A DNA stretch of 38,148 nt. It comes from Candidatus Bathyarchaeota archaeon. GTDB taxonomy: Archaea; Thermoproteota; Bathyarchaeia; Bathyarchaeales; DTEX01. How positions within the stretch are numbered: position 1 is the stretch's first letter; the number at the start of each line of letters is the position of its first letter. The position numbers and the translations under genes were made by a program. Below the pieces are notes generated by a model. That model saw only the letters and a program-made list of their open reading frames with translations, was not told the origin of the DNA and did no database searches. Location of the stretch: assembly GCA_018397055.1 (NCBI GenBank), contig JAGTQS010000003.1, positions 1 through 38,148 of the forward strand, read 5' to 3'. Below, piece after piece: positions 25,072 through 34,895 of this stretch.

Positions 25072-27177
25072 CTAAGCCAATTTGTTAATTGCCATTTTTA
25101 TATCTACTGCAACACATCCTTTTTTCTCGTTATAAACAAAGAGTGGATTTATTTCCATTTCAACAATTTCTCTAAAATCTGTCATGATCTGGGAAATCCT
25201 TAGGATTACATCAACTAGGGAATTGATGTCTGAAGTAGGTTCACCTCTCACGCCTCTGAGAAGCGTATACGCCTTTGTTTCTTCTATCATTTCTTCCGCC
25301 TCTGATCTTGTTATAGGACATAATCGGTATGACACGTCTCTCAGAAAATTGACGTAGATTCCTCCCAACCCAAACATCATGAGAGGTCCAAATTGCGGAT
25401 CTCGAACAGCGCCGACAATTACCTCTTTGCCTTGAGGAACCATTTGTTGAACAGAGATTCCTAATATTCGGGCTTGAGGCATAAAACTGTGAACTTTATT
25501 CATTATGTTTTCGTAATTTCGTTCGACTTCCGCTCGCGAAGTAATGTTGAGGACAACTCCGCCAACATCCGTTTTATGAAGAATTTCTGGCGAAATGACT
25601 TTCATAGCTACAGGATAACCAATTAAATCTGCTATGTCTCCTGCTTGTTTAGATGAGTGGGCGACCATCACTTTGGGGACAGGTATTCCAAAGGAGTCTG
25701 CAATCTTGAAAGCTTCCTCAATTGTAGAAGTTAAACGGTCATCTTTTCTAATCGTATCTAACGTGTTTCTTACGATTCTATGGTCAACTTGAATTTGGAA
25801 CATCGGCTCTTGCTTTGGCCTCTTTAGGATTGAGGCGTATTCATACATTTTCTTAAGAACAAATGCTGTTGACTCTGGGAAAGGATAATTTGGTATATCA
25901 TTTTTTAACAGTGTCTTTATAGCAGATGAATCGTCGTCAAGACCCATAAAAGCAGTCACAATTGGCTTGTTTGATGATTTTCTGACTTCAGCAATTACCT
26001 CTGCAACTCTATCTGAAGGTGTCATCGCTTGAGGAGTTAGAATAACTATTATCCCATCTACATTTTGGCTTTTTAGCCCAATTTTGAGGGCCAGCTCATA
26101 CCGTTTCTCGTCTGCGTCTCCTAATATATCTATAGGATTATTTAAGCTAGCATGCGGCGGTAAAGAGCAACGTAGTTCTTCTCTAAGATTAAGTTCAAGA
26201 AGTGGAAGGTTTAGACCCATTTTTTCGCATGCGTCAGCAACAAGGATTCCTGGTCCTCCACCATTAGTGATAATTAACACGTTTTTGTCTCTAGGCAACG
26301 GCTGATTTTCAAACGCCAAGACTAATTCAAACAGTTCCTCCAACTTATCAACCCTGATAACGCCTGCTTTCCTAAAAGCAGCTGAAAAGGCTACATCAGA
26401 ACCAGCAAGTGAGCCGGTGTGAGATGAAACGGCCCGTACCCCCACATCGGTTGTTCCTGACTTTAGCACAATAACAGGTTTTTTCATTGAAATTTTCTTA
26501 GATACTTCAATAAAGCGAGGCCCATCTTTAACGCCTTCTATGTACAGTCCAACAGCTCTTGTCTGCTCGTCTTCAGTGAGAGATTCAAGGAAGTCTGCAG
26601 CTGTCAAATCAGCTTCGTTTCCCAAACTTATGAAACTTGTGAAGCCAACCTCGTTTTGGAGAGCCCAGTTTAGTATTGTGCTCCCAAGTGCTCCGCTTTG
26701 AGAAATAAAGGCAATATTTCCAGTAGTAGGCTTAGCTGAGGCAAATGTGGCGTTCATGCGATTTTGTGTATTGATTAGCCCAAGGCAGTTTGGACCTTGC
26801 ATTCGAATGTTGTATTTTCTACAAATTGCTAAAAGTTCTCTTTCTAGCTGTGTTCCTTCTCTTCCTGTTTCGCTGAACCCTGCTGAGATGACAACTATTC
26901 CTTTTACCCCTTTTTTTCCGCATTCCTCAGCAATTATAGGCACAATTTTTCCAGGAACCACGATGACTGCTAGGTCAACCTGTTCCGGCACATCCAATAC
27001 GCTGCTGTAACATTTCAAGCCCAGTATTTCGTCTGCTTTTGGATTAATTGGGAAAAGACGACCTTTAAACCCGTATTCAATAAGGTTTTTTACTATTTTG
27101 TGTCCTACTTTTTCTGGCTCTCTGCTTGCGCCAATAACCGCGATGGATCTCGGCTTAAAGAATGCGTCTAGTGGCAT
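25072..27177 (-). CDS. acd: Acetyl-CoA synthetase (ADP-forming), fused alpha/beta subunits (acetate--CoA ligase, NDP-forming family)
   Basis: 701 aa. N-terminal CoA-binding 'FKPRSIAVIGASREPEKVGH', succinyl-CoA-synthetase-like ligase domains ('GPNCLG', 'SQSGALG', 'SSHTGSLAG') and a C-terminal ATP-grasp half. Confidence 0.9.
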   Translation of the reverse strand: MPLDAFFKPRSIAVIGASREPEKVGHKIVKNLIEYGFKGRLFPINPKADEILGLKCYSSVLDVPEQVDLAVIVVPGKIVPIIAEECGKKGVKGIVVISAGFSETGREGTQLERELLAICRKYNIRMQGPNCLGLINTQNRMNATFASAKPTTGNIAFISQSGALGSTILNWALQNEVGFTSFISLGNEADLTAADFLESLTEDEQTRAVGLYIEGVKDGPRFIEVSKKISMKKPVIVLKSGTTDVGVRAVSSHTGSLAGSDVAFSAAFRKAGVIRVDKLEELFELVLAFENQPLPRDKNVLIITNGGGPGILVADACEKMGLNLPLLELNLREELRCSLPPHASLNNPIDILGDADEKRYELALKIGLKSQNVDGIIVILTPQAMTPSDRVAEVIAEVRKSSNKPIVTAFMGLDDDSSAIKTLLKNDIPNYPFPESTAFVLKKMYEYASILKRPKQEPMFQIQVDHRIVRNTLDTIRKDDRLTSTIEEAFKIADSFGIPVPKVMVAHSSKQAGDIADLIGYPVAMKVISPEILHKTDVGGVVLNITSRAEVERNYENIMNKVHSFMPQARILGISVQQMVPQGKEVIVGAVRDPQFGPLMMFGLGGIYVNFLRDVSYRLCPITRSEAEEMIEETKAYTLLRGVRGEPTSDINSLVDVILRISQIMTDFREIVEMEINPLFVYNEKKGCVAVDIKMAINKLA

Positions 27178-27296
27178 TCTACTGCCTCTAACTATTTAGT
27201 GCTAAGGCTTTGCGTTAGGAAAGCATTGTCGAATATTTATGTGTAGCTTATTTCAATATAAATGATAAAAAAATAATCTCTTGATGGTGTCGCTGC

Positions 27297-29165
27297 TTGA
27301 ATTCCAAACAAAGTCATTGGCTAAGATCCTACGAGGAAAAAAAACTAAACCTGACTGAGGCTCTTGGAAAGATTAAGACTGGTGACCACATTTTCATAGG
27401 TTCTGCTTGTGGTGAACCACAGTATCTCGTTAATGGATTGGTGGAAAAGGCTAGCCATCTTGCTGATAACGAAATTCTTCATGTACATACATTGGGTGTT
27501 GCACCTTACGCCAAACCCATTTATTCCGACAGATTTAGGTTAAATGCCTTTTTTGTGGGAATTAACACAAGAGCTGCTGTTGCTGAGGGTAGAGCTGATT
27601 ACACTCCGATGTTTCTTTCTGAGCTCCCGAAGCTCATATCCAAGGGCATGGTTCCGATAGATGTTGCGCTTATACAAGTTACTCCTCCTGACGAACATGG
27701 CTTCTGCAGTTTGGGAGTTTCAGTAGAAATTACCAAAACGGCTGCGGAGAAAGCAAAGATTGTAATTGCCCAGGTGAATCGCGAGATGCCACGTGTTCTT
27801 GGTGACAGCTTCATTCATGTAAATGATATAGATGTGATTGTGGAACACGATGAGCCCATCTTGGAAATTTCACGTTCAGACCAGGATATAGTTTCAGGTA
27901 AAATTGCAAAACATGTGGCCGATTTAATTGAAGACGAATCCACGCTTCAAATTGGTATAGGCAGCGTTCCAGACTCGGTTCTAGATGTTTTGGGAGATAA
28001 AAAGGATCTTGGAATACACACGGAGCTGCTAACTGAGGGCGTTGTCGATTTAGTTGAGGAAGGTGTCGTCACATGCGCGAAAAAGACGATTAATCGTGGA
28101 AAAATTATTGCTTCTTTTGCCATGGGGACTCGTCGCCTTTACGATTTTATCGACAACAATCCTATGGTTGAGTTTTACGAATCTGATTATGTTAACAATC
28201 CAGTTGTCATAAGCCAGCACGAAAAAATGGTTGCCATAAATCAGGCCTTAGAGGCTGATCTTACAGGCCAAGTCTGTTCAGATTCTTTGGGGTATCGTTT
28301 CTATAGCGGCTTGGGAGGACAGGCAGATTTTATGAGAGGCGCTAGCTTATCGAAAGGCGGAAAAGCTATAACTGTTCTTCCCTCAACTGCAAAAAAGGGT
28401 AAGGTTTCCCGTATTAAGTCTCTTTTGTCAAAAGGTGCCGGTGTAGTACTAACCAGAGGCGATGTCGACTATATAGTTACTGAGTACGGTGTGGCAGCTC
28501 TAAAAGGTAAAACAATAAAGGAACGATCTCTATCATTGATTAACATTGCGCATCCAATTTTCCGTAATGAGCTCTTGGAGTGGGCTAAAAATCATCACTA
28601 CGTTCCACAAGAAGTTTTGCCATTTCCAGAGATTGAATATCCTGAGAATTTAGTAAGAAAGATTACATTAAGGAATGGTTCTAAGGTTTTATTACGACCT
28701 ATAAAGCCTTCAGACGCCACATTAAAACAACATCTTTTTTATTCGTTATCAAAGGATGCGGTTACAAAACGTTATCTTGGATCACTAAAAGCTATGCCCC
28801 TAAAACGAGTGTGGCCGTACGTTATCGTAGACTATAAGGATGAAATGGTACTTGTTGGAACCACAATGGAGGAAGGAAGAGAAAGCATTATCGCTATTGG
28901 CAGCTACTCAAGAATCCCGAATACTAACGTGGCTGAGGTGGCATTTGTTGTCAGAGACGATTGGCAAAACCAAGGCTTAGGCACAACCCTTTTCCAATAC
29001 CTCGCTGAAATAGCCCAGAAGTACGGAATAACAGGATTCACCGCTTGGGTCATGGCAAATAACAATAAAATGATTCATATTTTTAAGAAATCTGGATACC
29101 AGATGAAATATAGAATCGAGGGAGACCTCATTCACGTTAACTTGGAATTTAAAAAAACGTCATAG
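27297..29165 (+). CDS. Fusion protein: acetyl-CoA hydrolase/transferase family domain plus C-terminal Pat-type GNAT acetyltransferase domain
   Basis: 622 aa with a TTG start. The CoA-transferase part has 'GIGSVPD', 'EADLTGQV' and 'GLGGQADFMRG'. From about residue 440 come 'LLRPIKPSD', '...RYLG...', 'AEVAFVVRDDWQNQGLGTTLFQYL' and 'VMANNNKMIHIFKKSGY', which form a GNAT acetyl-CoA-binding core (Q/RxxGxG/A). Confidence 0.8.
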   Translation: MNSKQSHWLRSYEEKKLNLTEALGKIKTGDHIFIGSACGEPQYLVNGLVEKASHLADNEILHVHTLGVAPYAKPIYSDRFRLNAFFVGINTRAAVAEGRADYTPMFLSELPKLISKGMVPIDVALIQVTPPDEHGFCSLGVSVEITKTAAEKAKIVIAQVNREMPRVLGDSFIHVNDIDVIVEHDEPILEISRSDQDIVSGKIAKHVADLIEDESTLQIGIGSVPDSVLDVLGDKKDLGIHTELLTEGVVDLVEEGVVTCAKKTINRGKIIASFAMGTRRLYDFIDNNPMVEFYESDYVNNPVVISQHEKMVAINQALEADLTGQVCSDSLGYRFYSGLGGQADFMRGASLSKGGKAITVLPSTAKKGKVSRIKSLLSKGAGVVLTRGDVDYIVTEYGVAALKGKTIKERSLSLINIAHPIFRNELLEWAKNHHYVPQEVLPFPEIEYPENLVRKITLRNGSKVLLRPIKPSDATLKQHLFYSLSKDAVTKRYLGSLKAMPLKRVWPYVIVDYKDEMVLVGTTMEEGRESIIAIGSYSRIPNTNVAEVAFVVRDDWQNQGLGTTLFQYLAEIAQKYGITGFTAWVMANNNKMIHIFKKSGYQMKYRIEGDLIHVNLEFKKTS

Positions 29166-29185
29166 AATATTTTTGAGCTCTTATT

Positions 29186-29797
29186 TTACTGTTTCTTAGA
29201 GCTTTTATTAAAATTTGACACTATCTTTTCTTTAATCATCGCAAAATGTTCAGATATCTTTTCTGGAGCCAACCCTCTTTTATTGTAAGAGGAAAAAAAT
29301 CTCTTGTATTCTTCTAAGTTTGAGGAGAGCTTTTCAGCAAACGCAGCGATATGAGTGCCCATAATTCTTTTATCGTCTGGTGCTACTTCTTCGTTAAATG
29401 GAACCTTCACTCCAGCATCCAGAAAGCCTTTAGCAACAGCAAATACATTTGCTCCCTTAGAGGGAATCTGCAACCCAATGTCTAAAACAGCCTCTTTAAT
29501 ATTGCAAGCGACGGATTTATAGCCACAAAGAAGCCCCGTAAGATATGAAGAAGGAAGACAGTTTAAACTTCCGAGATATCCATATTTTTTTCTTAATTCA
29601 CTTGAGTGGGCTGAAGTAATAACTCTATCGCCTTTTACGTTAGGTTCTACAAGCTGAGCAATGATGTACTTCCCTGTTTTTCTAACTACTATTCTAGGAA
29701 GACCTGAAGAAACAAGTTTCTTTCTTAAGCTGTAATTTGTTTTCCCTTCTCTTCGCCTGCGATATGGAACATTGTATGTTGCTCCCTTACCCATCAT
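29186..29797 (-). CDS. rpl18: 50S ribosomal protein L18 (uL18)
   Basis: 203 aa with 'YNVPYRRRREGKTNYSLRKKLV'. Position after L19e fits the conserved cluster. Confidence 0.9.
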   Translation of the reverse strand: MMGKGATYNVPYRRRREGKTNYSLRKKLVSSGLPRIVVRKTGKYIIAQLVEPNVKGDRVITSAHSSELRKKYGYLGSLNCLPSSYLTGLLCGYKSVACNIKEAVLDIGLQIPSKGANVFAVAKGFLDAGVKVPFNEEVAPDDKRIMGTHIAAFAEKLSSNLEEYKRFFSSYNKRGLAPEKISEHFAMIKEKIVSNFNKSSKKQ

Positions 29798-30246
29798 CTT
29801 TTCCTCCTAAGACCGTGAACTTCAATGTAACGATCAAGGTCTGCAACAGAACGGAAAGAACCACTTTTCGTCATAATGTATAGCTCTCGATAAACCGTAT
29901 CGGTGATTATATGCTTGTCTCTAAGTTCACGTAGCTTCTTTCTTTGAGCTCTAACTCTTTTTATCCAAGCCTCTTTTGCAGGAGTCCTTGCACCCTCTTT
30001 TCCGCTTCGACTTCCTTGTCCCCTTCTTTTTCCCTCTGTCTTCTTAGCATGAATTATCCGAGCACGAGCACGACTTATCCCTTTTTCTGGCACTTTCATT
30101 ATTGCTTTATCTTTGATAAGCCTCCTTATTTCCTCTCTTGAAATCGCTGACTCTACATCGCCAATTCTTTCAGGGTCAATCCAAACTCTGTTTGTTCCTA
30201 TCTTTAGGATTTCAGCAGCCATACGACGTTGACTTTTTAGACTCAT
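29794..30246 (-). CDS. rpl19e: 50S ribosomal protein L19e
   Basis: 150 aa with 'LKSQRRMAAEILKIGTNRVWIDPE' and a basic C-terminal half. Confidence 0.9.
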   Translation of the reverse strand: MSLKSQRRMAAEILKIGTNRVWIDPERIGDVESAISREEIRRLIKDKAIMKVPEKGISRARARIIHAKKTEGKRRGQGSRSGKEGARTPAKEAWIKRVRAQRKKLRELRDKHIITDTVYRELYIMTKSGSFRSVADLDRYIEVHGLRRKR

Positions 30247-30274
30247 ATCAAAACTCTCCTTATGTACAATGTTT

Positions 30275-30715
30275 TTATTTCTTGATTTCCTTTTTCTCAG
30301 TTGTAGATTCCTTTAGTTCTTTGAATTCTCTCGGGTTGAGTACGCGGATTCCCATTTCTTTAGCTTTATTAATTATTTCAATCCTTTTTCTGTCGCCCAC
30401 GGTATGAGCGATTTTTATAACTTCAAGATCAGGTTTAACTTTATCCAGGTCATCTACGTTAAAAACTCTGACTTCTACATGGCCAGAAGGGTGTAAACCT
30501 TTGGAATTTTTTGGTCCACCATAACCGGCCCCTGGAGATGATGGCCATCCCTTAACTTTTTTACGCATTTTGTTGTCTATTCCACGCGGCTTTCTCCAAT
30601 TTTCTTTTAGACGCTCATATCGCCAGCTCTCTTGATGACGAAATTTTGGTTTCTTAGCCTTCTCTCTTTCCCTTTTTTCAACAAGGGCTTTTGAATTTAG
30701 TTGTGTCTCCGTCAA
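30275..30715 (-). CDS. rpl32e: 50S ribosomal protein L32e
   Basis: 146 aa with 'FRHQESWRYERLKENWRKPRGIDNKMR'. Confidence 0.9.
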   Translation of the reverse strand: MTETQLNSKALVEKREREKAKKPKFRHQESWRYERLKENWRKPRGIDNKMRKKVKGWPSSPGAGYGGPKNSKGLHPSGHVEVRVFNVDDLDKVKPDLEVIKIAHTVGDRKRIEIINKAKEMGIRVLNPREFKELKESTTEKKEIKK

Positions 30716-31266
30716 TCTACCATACCCTCTGCCTTTTCGTAAATGTATATTCCGTCTAGGAACTTTCGTACATCTCGCCTTCTTACGACAGTGGCCTGTT
30801 CGATGTTAGCTGCAGTTTGGCTTACATCATCAATACTGATACCTTTAACTATAATATCATCCCCTTTAACTGATACAGATGAATTTCCCAGAATGAGAGC
30901 TTTACGTGGATTTCTTTCTCCAATGAAGTTCTCGATCGTTACATAGTTTCCTTGAACCTTCACAGACATAGGAAAGTGAGAATATACGATCTTAAGTTTG
31001 TAAGTAAACCCCTTTGCCACTCCCCTAATCATATTATTAATATGAGAAACTACGGTGCCTACAAGTGCAGATTCTTTCCTTCTTGACCTAAGTGCCGAAA
31101 CTATTATTTTATCTCCATCAACTCTAATTGCAACCGGAACTTGAGAGAAATCTCTAACTAATTGCCCCTTTTCGCCAGTAACCTTAATGACCTTACCATC
31201 CAGAACGACTTTGACTTTTTCTGGAATCTGGACTATTCGGGTTTCTAAACGAGACATTTGAGACAC
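30712..31266 (-). CDS. rpl6: 50S ribosomal protein L6 (uL6)
   Basis: 184 aa. Two-repeat L6 pattern and cluster position between S8 and L32e. Confidence 0.9.
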   Translation of the reverse strand: MSQMSRLETRIVQIPEKVKVVLDGKVIKVTGEKGQLVRDFSQVPVAIRVDGDKIIVSALRSRRKESALVGTVVSHINNMIRGVAKGFTYKLKIVYSHFPMSVKVQGNYVTIENFIGERNPRKALILGNSSVSVKGDDIIVKGISIDDVSQTAANIEQATVVRRRDVRKFLDGIYIYEKAEGMVD

Positions 31267-31269
31267 CTA

Positions 31270-31653
31270 TCAATAAACGTAAGCTAAGAGAAGTCCTCCG
31301 AGGTTTTTTTGCATAGCTTCTTTGTGCGACATGACACCTTTATGAGTTGATAATGCGAGTATGCCTATGTCCCTTGATGGAAGGAAGGTTTTTTCCCATT
31401 TTTCAATATCTTTAGTTTTTATTGCATATCTTGGTCTAACAGCGCCGCATTTGTTGATTCTACCTAAAAGTTGTACTCTGAACTTTCCAGAGCGTCCATC
31501 ATCAATGAACTCGAACTCTCCGATGAATCCATTCATTTGGATGACCCTTAATACGTTACCAAGAAGTTTCGAAGCGGGAGCTATGATACACTCTTTCTTT
31601 CTTCTAATCTCGTTATTCATTATGGTTACTAATCCATTAGCAATGGTATCCAA
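31270..31653 (-). CDS. rps8: 30S ribosomal protein S8 (uS8)
   Basis: 127 aa with '[14 protein letters not shown]' and 'GGLLLAYVY'. Confidence 0.9.
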   Translation of the reverse strand: MDTIANGLVTIMNNEIRRKKECIIAPASKLLGNVLRVIQMNGFIGEFEFIDDGRSGKFRVQLLGRINKCGAVRPRYAIKTKDIEKWEKTFLPSRDIGILALSTHKGVMSHKEAMQKNLGGLLLAYVY

Positions 31654-31668
31654 CTATGCATCCCTTCC

Positions 31669-31833
31669 TTACTGATACTTTTTGAAACCTAGCTTTTCAG
31701 CAACCTCTCTGAAACAGTGCCTGCAAAGGTTAAGACCATATTTTCTAATAATTGGCCCATAGGATCCGCACCTTCTACATGGTCTACTTCCTTTGCCGAA
31801 TTTTCGTTCTTTTTTGGGAGTTAGGGAACTCAT
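31669..31833 (-). CDS. rps14: 30S ribosomal protein S14 (uS14, zinc-binding type)
   Basis: Not in the ORF track (54 aa). My translation is [54 protein letters not shown]. It has CxxC...CxxC and sits between L5 and S8 as expected. Confidence 0.9.
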   Translation of the reverse strand: MSSLTPKKERKFGKGSRPCRRCGSYGPIIRKYGLNLCRHCFREVAEKLGFKKYQ

Positions 31834-31844
31834 TTTAGTTGCTC

Positions 31845-32384
31845 CTAGGTAATTTCTACCCCTAAAGTGTCCTTTAAGAAGGATACGGCTTCATCGGTGG
31901 TTAATAAATGCTGCGAACCAACTTTAGAGTTTGCATGATGCCTATGTTTAACTCGGTAGCCAGGTCTTTCTAAGGTTACAGAGACATCCATACCAATAAT
32001 TCCCAAATCTGGCGAATATTTAGTTCCAGGAATGTCGATGTGTTCTTTAATTCCAAAAGAGAAGTTTCCTTGTTTATCAAAAGACCGTCGGGAAATTTGG
32101 TTGTCAACGGCCCGTAAACTTTTAGCCAGAAATTCGTATGCTTTCTTGCCACGTAGCGTTACTACACAAGCAATAGGTTCCTTTTTTCTTATTCCAAATT
32201 CTCTTACAGTTTTTTTAGCTTTTTTGATGCATGGTTTTTGTCCAGTTAATTCTTCGATAATTTTTATAGCTTTTTCAAGAGGTTCACCTGACTTGCCAAT
32301 TGACGAGTTCACAACTACCTTGGCAATTTTGGGTGTCAACATAGGGTTTTTGTCCGATTTTTCATCATGCCCAGGTGATTCCAT
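31845..32384 (-). CDS. rpl5: 50S ribosomal protein L5 (uL5)
   Basis: Start taken at ATG 32384 ('[26 protein letters not shown]...'), 1 nt after the S4e stop. The track ORF extends to 32453 but that part overlaps S4e. Confidence 0.85.
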   Translation of the reverse strand: MESPGHDEKSDKNPMLTPKIAKVVVNSSIGKSGEPLEKAIKIIEELTGQKPCIKKAKKTVREFGIRKKEPIACVVTLRGKKAYEFLAKSLRAVDNQISRRSFDKQGNFSFGIKEHIDIPGTKYSPDLGIIGMDVSVTLERPGYRVKHRHHANSKVGSQHLLTTDEAVSFLKDTLGVEIT

Positions 32385-32385
32385 T

Positions 32386-33150
32386 TTAGAGGCCCTCCTT
32401 GCTTGGTAAAGATATTCTCGGTTTCTTGTCTCCCACGACAAAGGCGTAGTCAAGAACTGTTTGATAGGTTTCTCCTATCTCGTCTTGTATTGTAATTAGA
32501 AAGTTTCTGCGTTTTTGCCCTGTCTGCTCCACAATTGATGTGACAGTTCCATATTTGCCAATGTTGTTTCCATCAGCAAAAACCACCAGAACCTCTTTGT
32601 CAAGTTTTAAATGTTCAAGAATTTGTTGTTCTGGGACGCTAATTTTTAAGGTGTCAAGAGTGTTGTAGACATATTCAGATGGTCTCTGAGGATCTTCGAC
32701 GTGAACTAATAAGTTTCTTCCATCGTGAAGGTTCAGCTCGATATTTCCTTTTTCCAAAGTTTTTTTGTTCTCAATTCTGCATATCTTAAATTTGGCTTCA
32801 TCTTCGCTTATGGGATGAAGAAATAAACCTTTTTCTGAAGGTACTACCCGATAGTTCTGACTAGTTTCGGGAATTGTAATTACATCCATTAAACCGACGG
32901 GAAATCGTTCGTCGCGAATAATTCGTCCGTCAACAAAAATTTTACCTTGAGAAACAATTTTCTTTGCTTCTCTTCTAGTTTCAGCTAGACCAAGAATCTC
33001 ACGGACTACTAAGGCCAATGGTAAACATTGATGTATCGGATGGGGGCCAGGTAAAGGTTTAATGGTCCATACATAATCTTTTCTATGAATTGGCCAAAAA
33101 CTTGGAGCCGACTCTCTTTTTAAGTGACCTTTGCCACCCTTTTTTCCCAT
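32386..33150 (-). CDS. rps4e: 30S ribosomal protein S4e
   Basis: 254 aa with 'GKKGGKGHLKRESAPSFWPI' and a KOW-containing body. Confidence 0.9.
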   Translation of the reverse strand: MGKKGGKGHLKRESAPSFWPIHRKDYVWTIKPLPGPHPIHQCLPLALVVREILGLAETRREAKKIVSQGKIFVDGRIIRDERFPVGLMDVITIPETSQNYRVVPSEKGLFLHPISEDEAKFKICRIENKKTLEKGNIELNLHDGRNLLVHVEDPQRPSEYVYNTLDTLKISVPEQQILEHLKLDKEVLVVFADGNNIGKYGTVTSIVEQTGQKRRNFLITIQDEIGETYQTVLDYAFVVGDKKPRISLPSKEGL

Positions 33151-33151
33151 G

Positions 33152-33622
33152 TTACTTTTCTTCCTCCACTTTTTCTTCTACCGGCTTATTGACCTTTTTT
33201 CCTTTCTTCCGGTTCTTTCTTTCGCCGAGTTCTTTTTCTTCAGGCTTTTCTTCCTCTTTTTGTCTTTTTCGTTCAATAATTTTGTTTCGCCATTTATCAT
33301 CAAGGTTTAGCTTGATTATTTCAACCTTTGAGGGATGTATGGGCACTTGTATAGAAGTTCCATCAGCCTTTTCTCTAGTAATGCCATCGACGTAGATTTT
33401 GTATTTTTGACGGTTAACCCGTAATATTTTCCCCTCGTACCCTTCATAGTCTCCTCTTAAAACTCTTACTGTATCACCTTTTCTAACAGGCAAAGCTCGA
33501 GCACCATACATATTCCGTAAATCAGTTGAAAGGTGAGCTGACAAAATATTGCCTCTACTATGATAAGGCATCTCGTAAAGCATTTTCCTTTGTTTTCCCG
33601 GATCTTTAGTTTTTAACCTCAT
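33152..33622 (-). CDS. rpl24: 50S ribosomal protein L24 (uL24) with K/E-rich C-terminal extension
   Basis: 156 aa. KOW 'VRKGDTVRVLRGDYEGYEGKI', followed by a tail 'KRQKEEEKPEEKELGERKNRKKGKK...'. Confidence 0.9.
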   Translation of the reverse strand: MRLKTKDPGKQRKMLYEMPYHSRGNILSAHLSTDLRNMYGARALPVRKGDTVRVLRGDYEGYEGKILRVNRQKYKIYVDGITREKADGTSIQVPIHPSKVEIIKLNLDDKWRNKIIERKRQKEEEKPEEKELGERKNRKKGKKVNKPVEEKVEEEK

Positions 33623-33639
33623 CTCGACTTCACTTGATC

Positions 33640-34080
33640 CTATACGATTATACTTGAGGCGCTTGCAATTCTAGGCCATCTTTCAGCGGCTTCTCTTGCT
33701 ACTGGACCGCGTATTTCAGAGCCTCGCATTTCACCTTCAGGTGTCAATATGACGGCGGCGTTGTCTTCGAACTGCACCCAATTTCCTTCAGGCCGTCTAT
33801 AGGGCTTTGTTTGTCTGACAATCACTGCTCTGAACAGCTTTTTTCTCATGTCTGGAGTTCCACGTCTAACCGAAACAATGACCATGTCTCCTACGGCAGC
33901 TGCCGGCACACGTCTCAGTCGTCCTTTATATTTTGTAACCTGGACGAGTCTTAAGATTTTGGCGCCTGAGTTGTCTGTGCACTTTAATAATGAGCCTGCT
34001 GGAAGCCCCGACGAGATTTTCAGTCTGTATCCGGCGGTTCCCTTTGCCAGTAAACCTCTTCCTTTTGCCTTGGCTGCCAT
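33640..34080 (-). CDS. rpl14: 50S ribosomal protein L14 (uL14)
   Basis: 146 aa with '[17 protein letters not shown]' and 'GDMVIVSV'. Confidence 0.9.
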   Translation of the reverse strand: MAAKAKGRGLLAKGTAGYRLKISSGLPAGSLLKCTDNSGAKILRLVQVTKYKGRLRRVPAAAVGDMVIVSVRRGTPDMRKKLFRAVIVRQTKPYRRPEGNWVQFEDNAAVILTPEGEMRGSEIRGPVAREAAERWPRIASASSIIV

Positions 34081-34087
34081 TGGTCTC

Positions 34088-34408
34088 TCACTGTCCTATT
34101 TTTTCTATAACGACAAACGAAATTGTTTTACTTATTGGTTTGCATTCTGCTATTCGAACACGGTCGTTTTCTTGGGCACCAATGCATGGTGGGTTGTGGG
34201 CAGGAATGTGGCTGTGTCTTCTTTCGTAGCGTTTGTATTTTTTAATATGATGTACGAAGTCTCGGCGTACAATAACTGACTTATCCATTTTTGCGCTTGT
34301 CACTACACCATCTAGAATTCTGCCTCTTATCTTAAGCGACCCGTGAAATGGGCAGTTAGGATCGTTGCAGGTTTTTTCTGAAGTTGATTGTGCAGATGCC
34401 ATCACCAA
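34088..34408 (-). CDS. rps17: 30S ribosomal protein S17 (uS17)
   Basis: 106 aa with '[37 protein letters not shown]'. Confidence 0.9.
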   Translation of the reverse strand: MVMASAQSTSEKTCNDPNCPFHGSLKIRGRILDGVVTSAKMDKSVIVRRDFVHHIKKYKRYERRHSHIPAHNPPCIGAQENDRVRIAECKPISKTISFVVIEKIGQ

Positions 34409-34683
34409 CGCCTCCTTAGTGTTTTTTTAACGCGGTCTTCTGGTCGTCCAATAAGAACTTTACCATCGACCTCTATTACTGTTTTGTCTGGAAGAGTGAA
34501 AAGAAAAGTTGAGGTTTCTTTAATGATGCGTTTTTCTTTATTCCCATGCAATACTGTTAGTGTCTTTTGCGTTTCATCAAGAACTTTTCCTCGTATTCCG
34601 ATTTGGCTTCGATTAGAGCTGCGAACGACTTTTGTTTCAAGACCTATAAGCTCGTGTTGAATAAAAGATTCCGCGATAATCAT
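34402..34683 (-). CDS. rnp1: RNase P protein component 1 (Rpp29/Pop4 homologue)
   Basis: 93 aa with 'LIGLETKVVRSSNRSQIGIRGKVLDETQKTLTV'. Canonical archaeal position between L29 and S17. Confidence 0.85.
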   Translation of the reverse strand: MIIAESFIQHELIGLETKVVRSSNRSQIGIRGKVLDETQKTLTVLHGNKEKRIIKETSTFLFTLPDKTVIEVDGKVLIGRPEDRVKKTLRRRW

Positions 34684-34895
34684 TATTGTTTACCTTCCTT
34701 TGTTTTTTCATTAATAACCGTTTGGATACGGGCTATTGTTTTTTTAAGGTTCCGAATTCTTGAAGGATTTTCCACAGCGCCACCTGCCTCAACCATTGTT
34801 CTCATCCTTACCAGTTCTGTTTTAAGTTCACTAAGTCTTTTAAGCAGGTCCTCAGACGGTTTTTCCCGAATTTCACGAATCCTTTTCATCACCAT
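34683..34895 (-). CDS. rpl29: 50S ribosomal protein L29 (uL29)
   Basis: 70 aa, helical, with 'IREIREKPSEDLLKRLSELKTELVRMR'. Overlaps the S3 3' end. Confidence 0.85.
   Translation of the reverse strand: MVMKRIREIREKPSEDLLKRLSELKTELVRMRTMVEAGGAVENPSRIRNLKKTIARIQTVINEKTKEGKQ

Noticed and set aside
32385-32453. N-terminal 23-codon extension of the L5 ORF
   Set aside because: The extension lies inside the S4e coding sequence. The internal ATG at 32384 sits 1 nt after the S4e stop and gives a normal-length L5.
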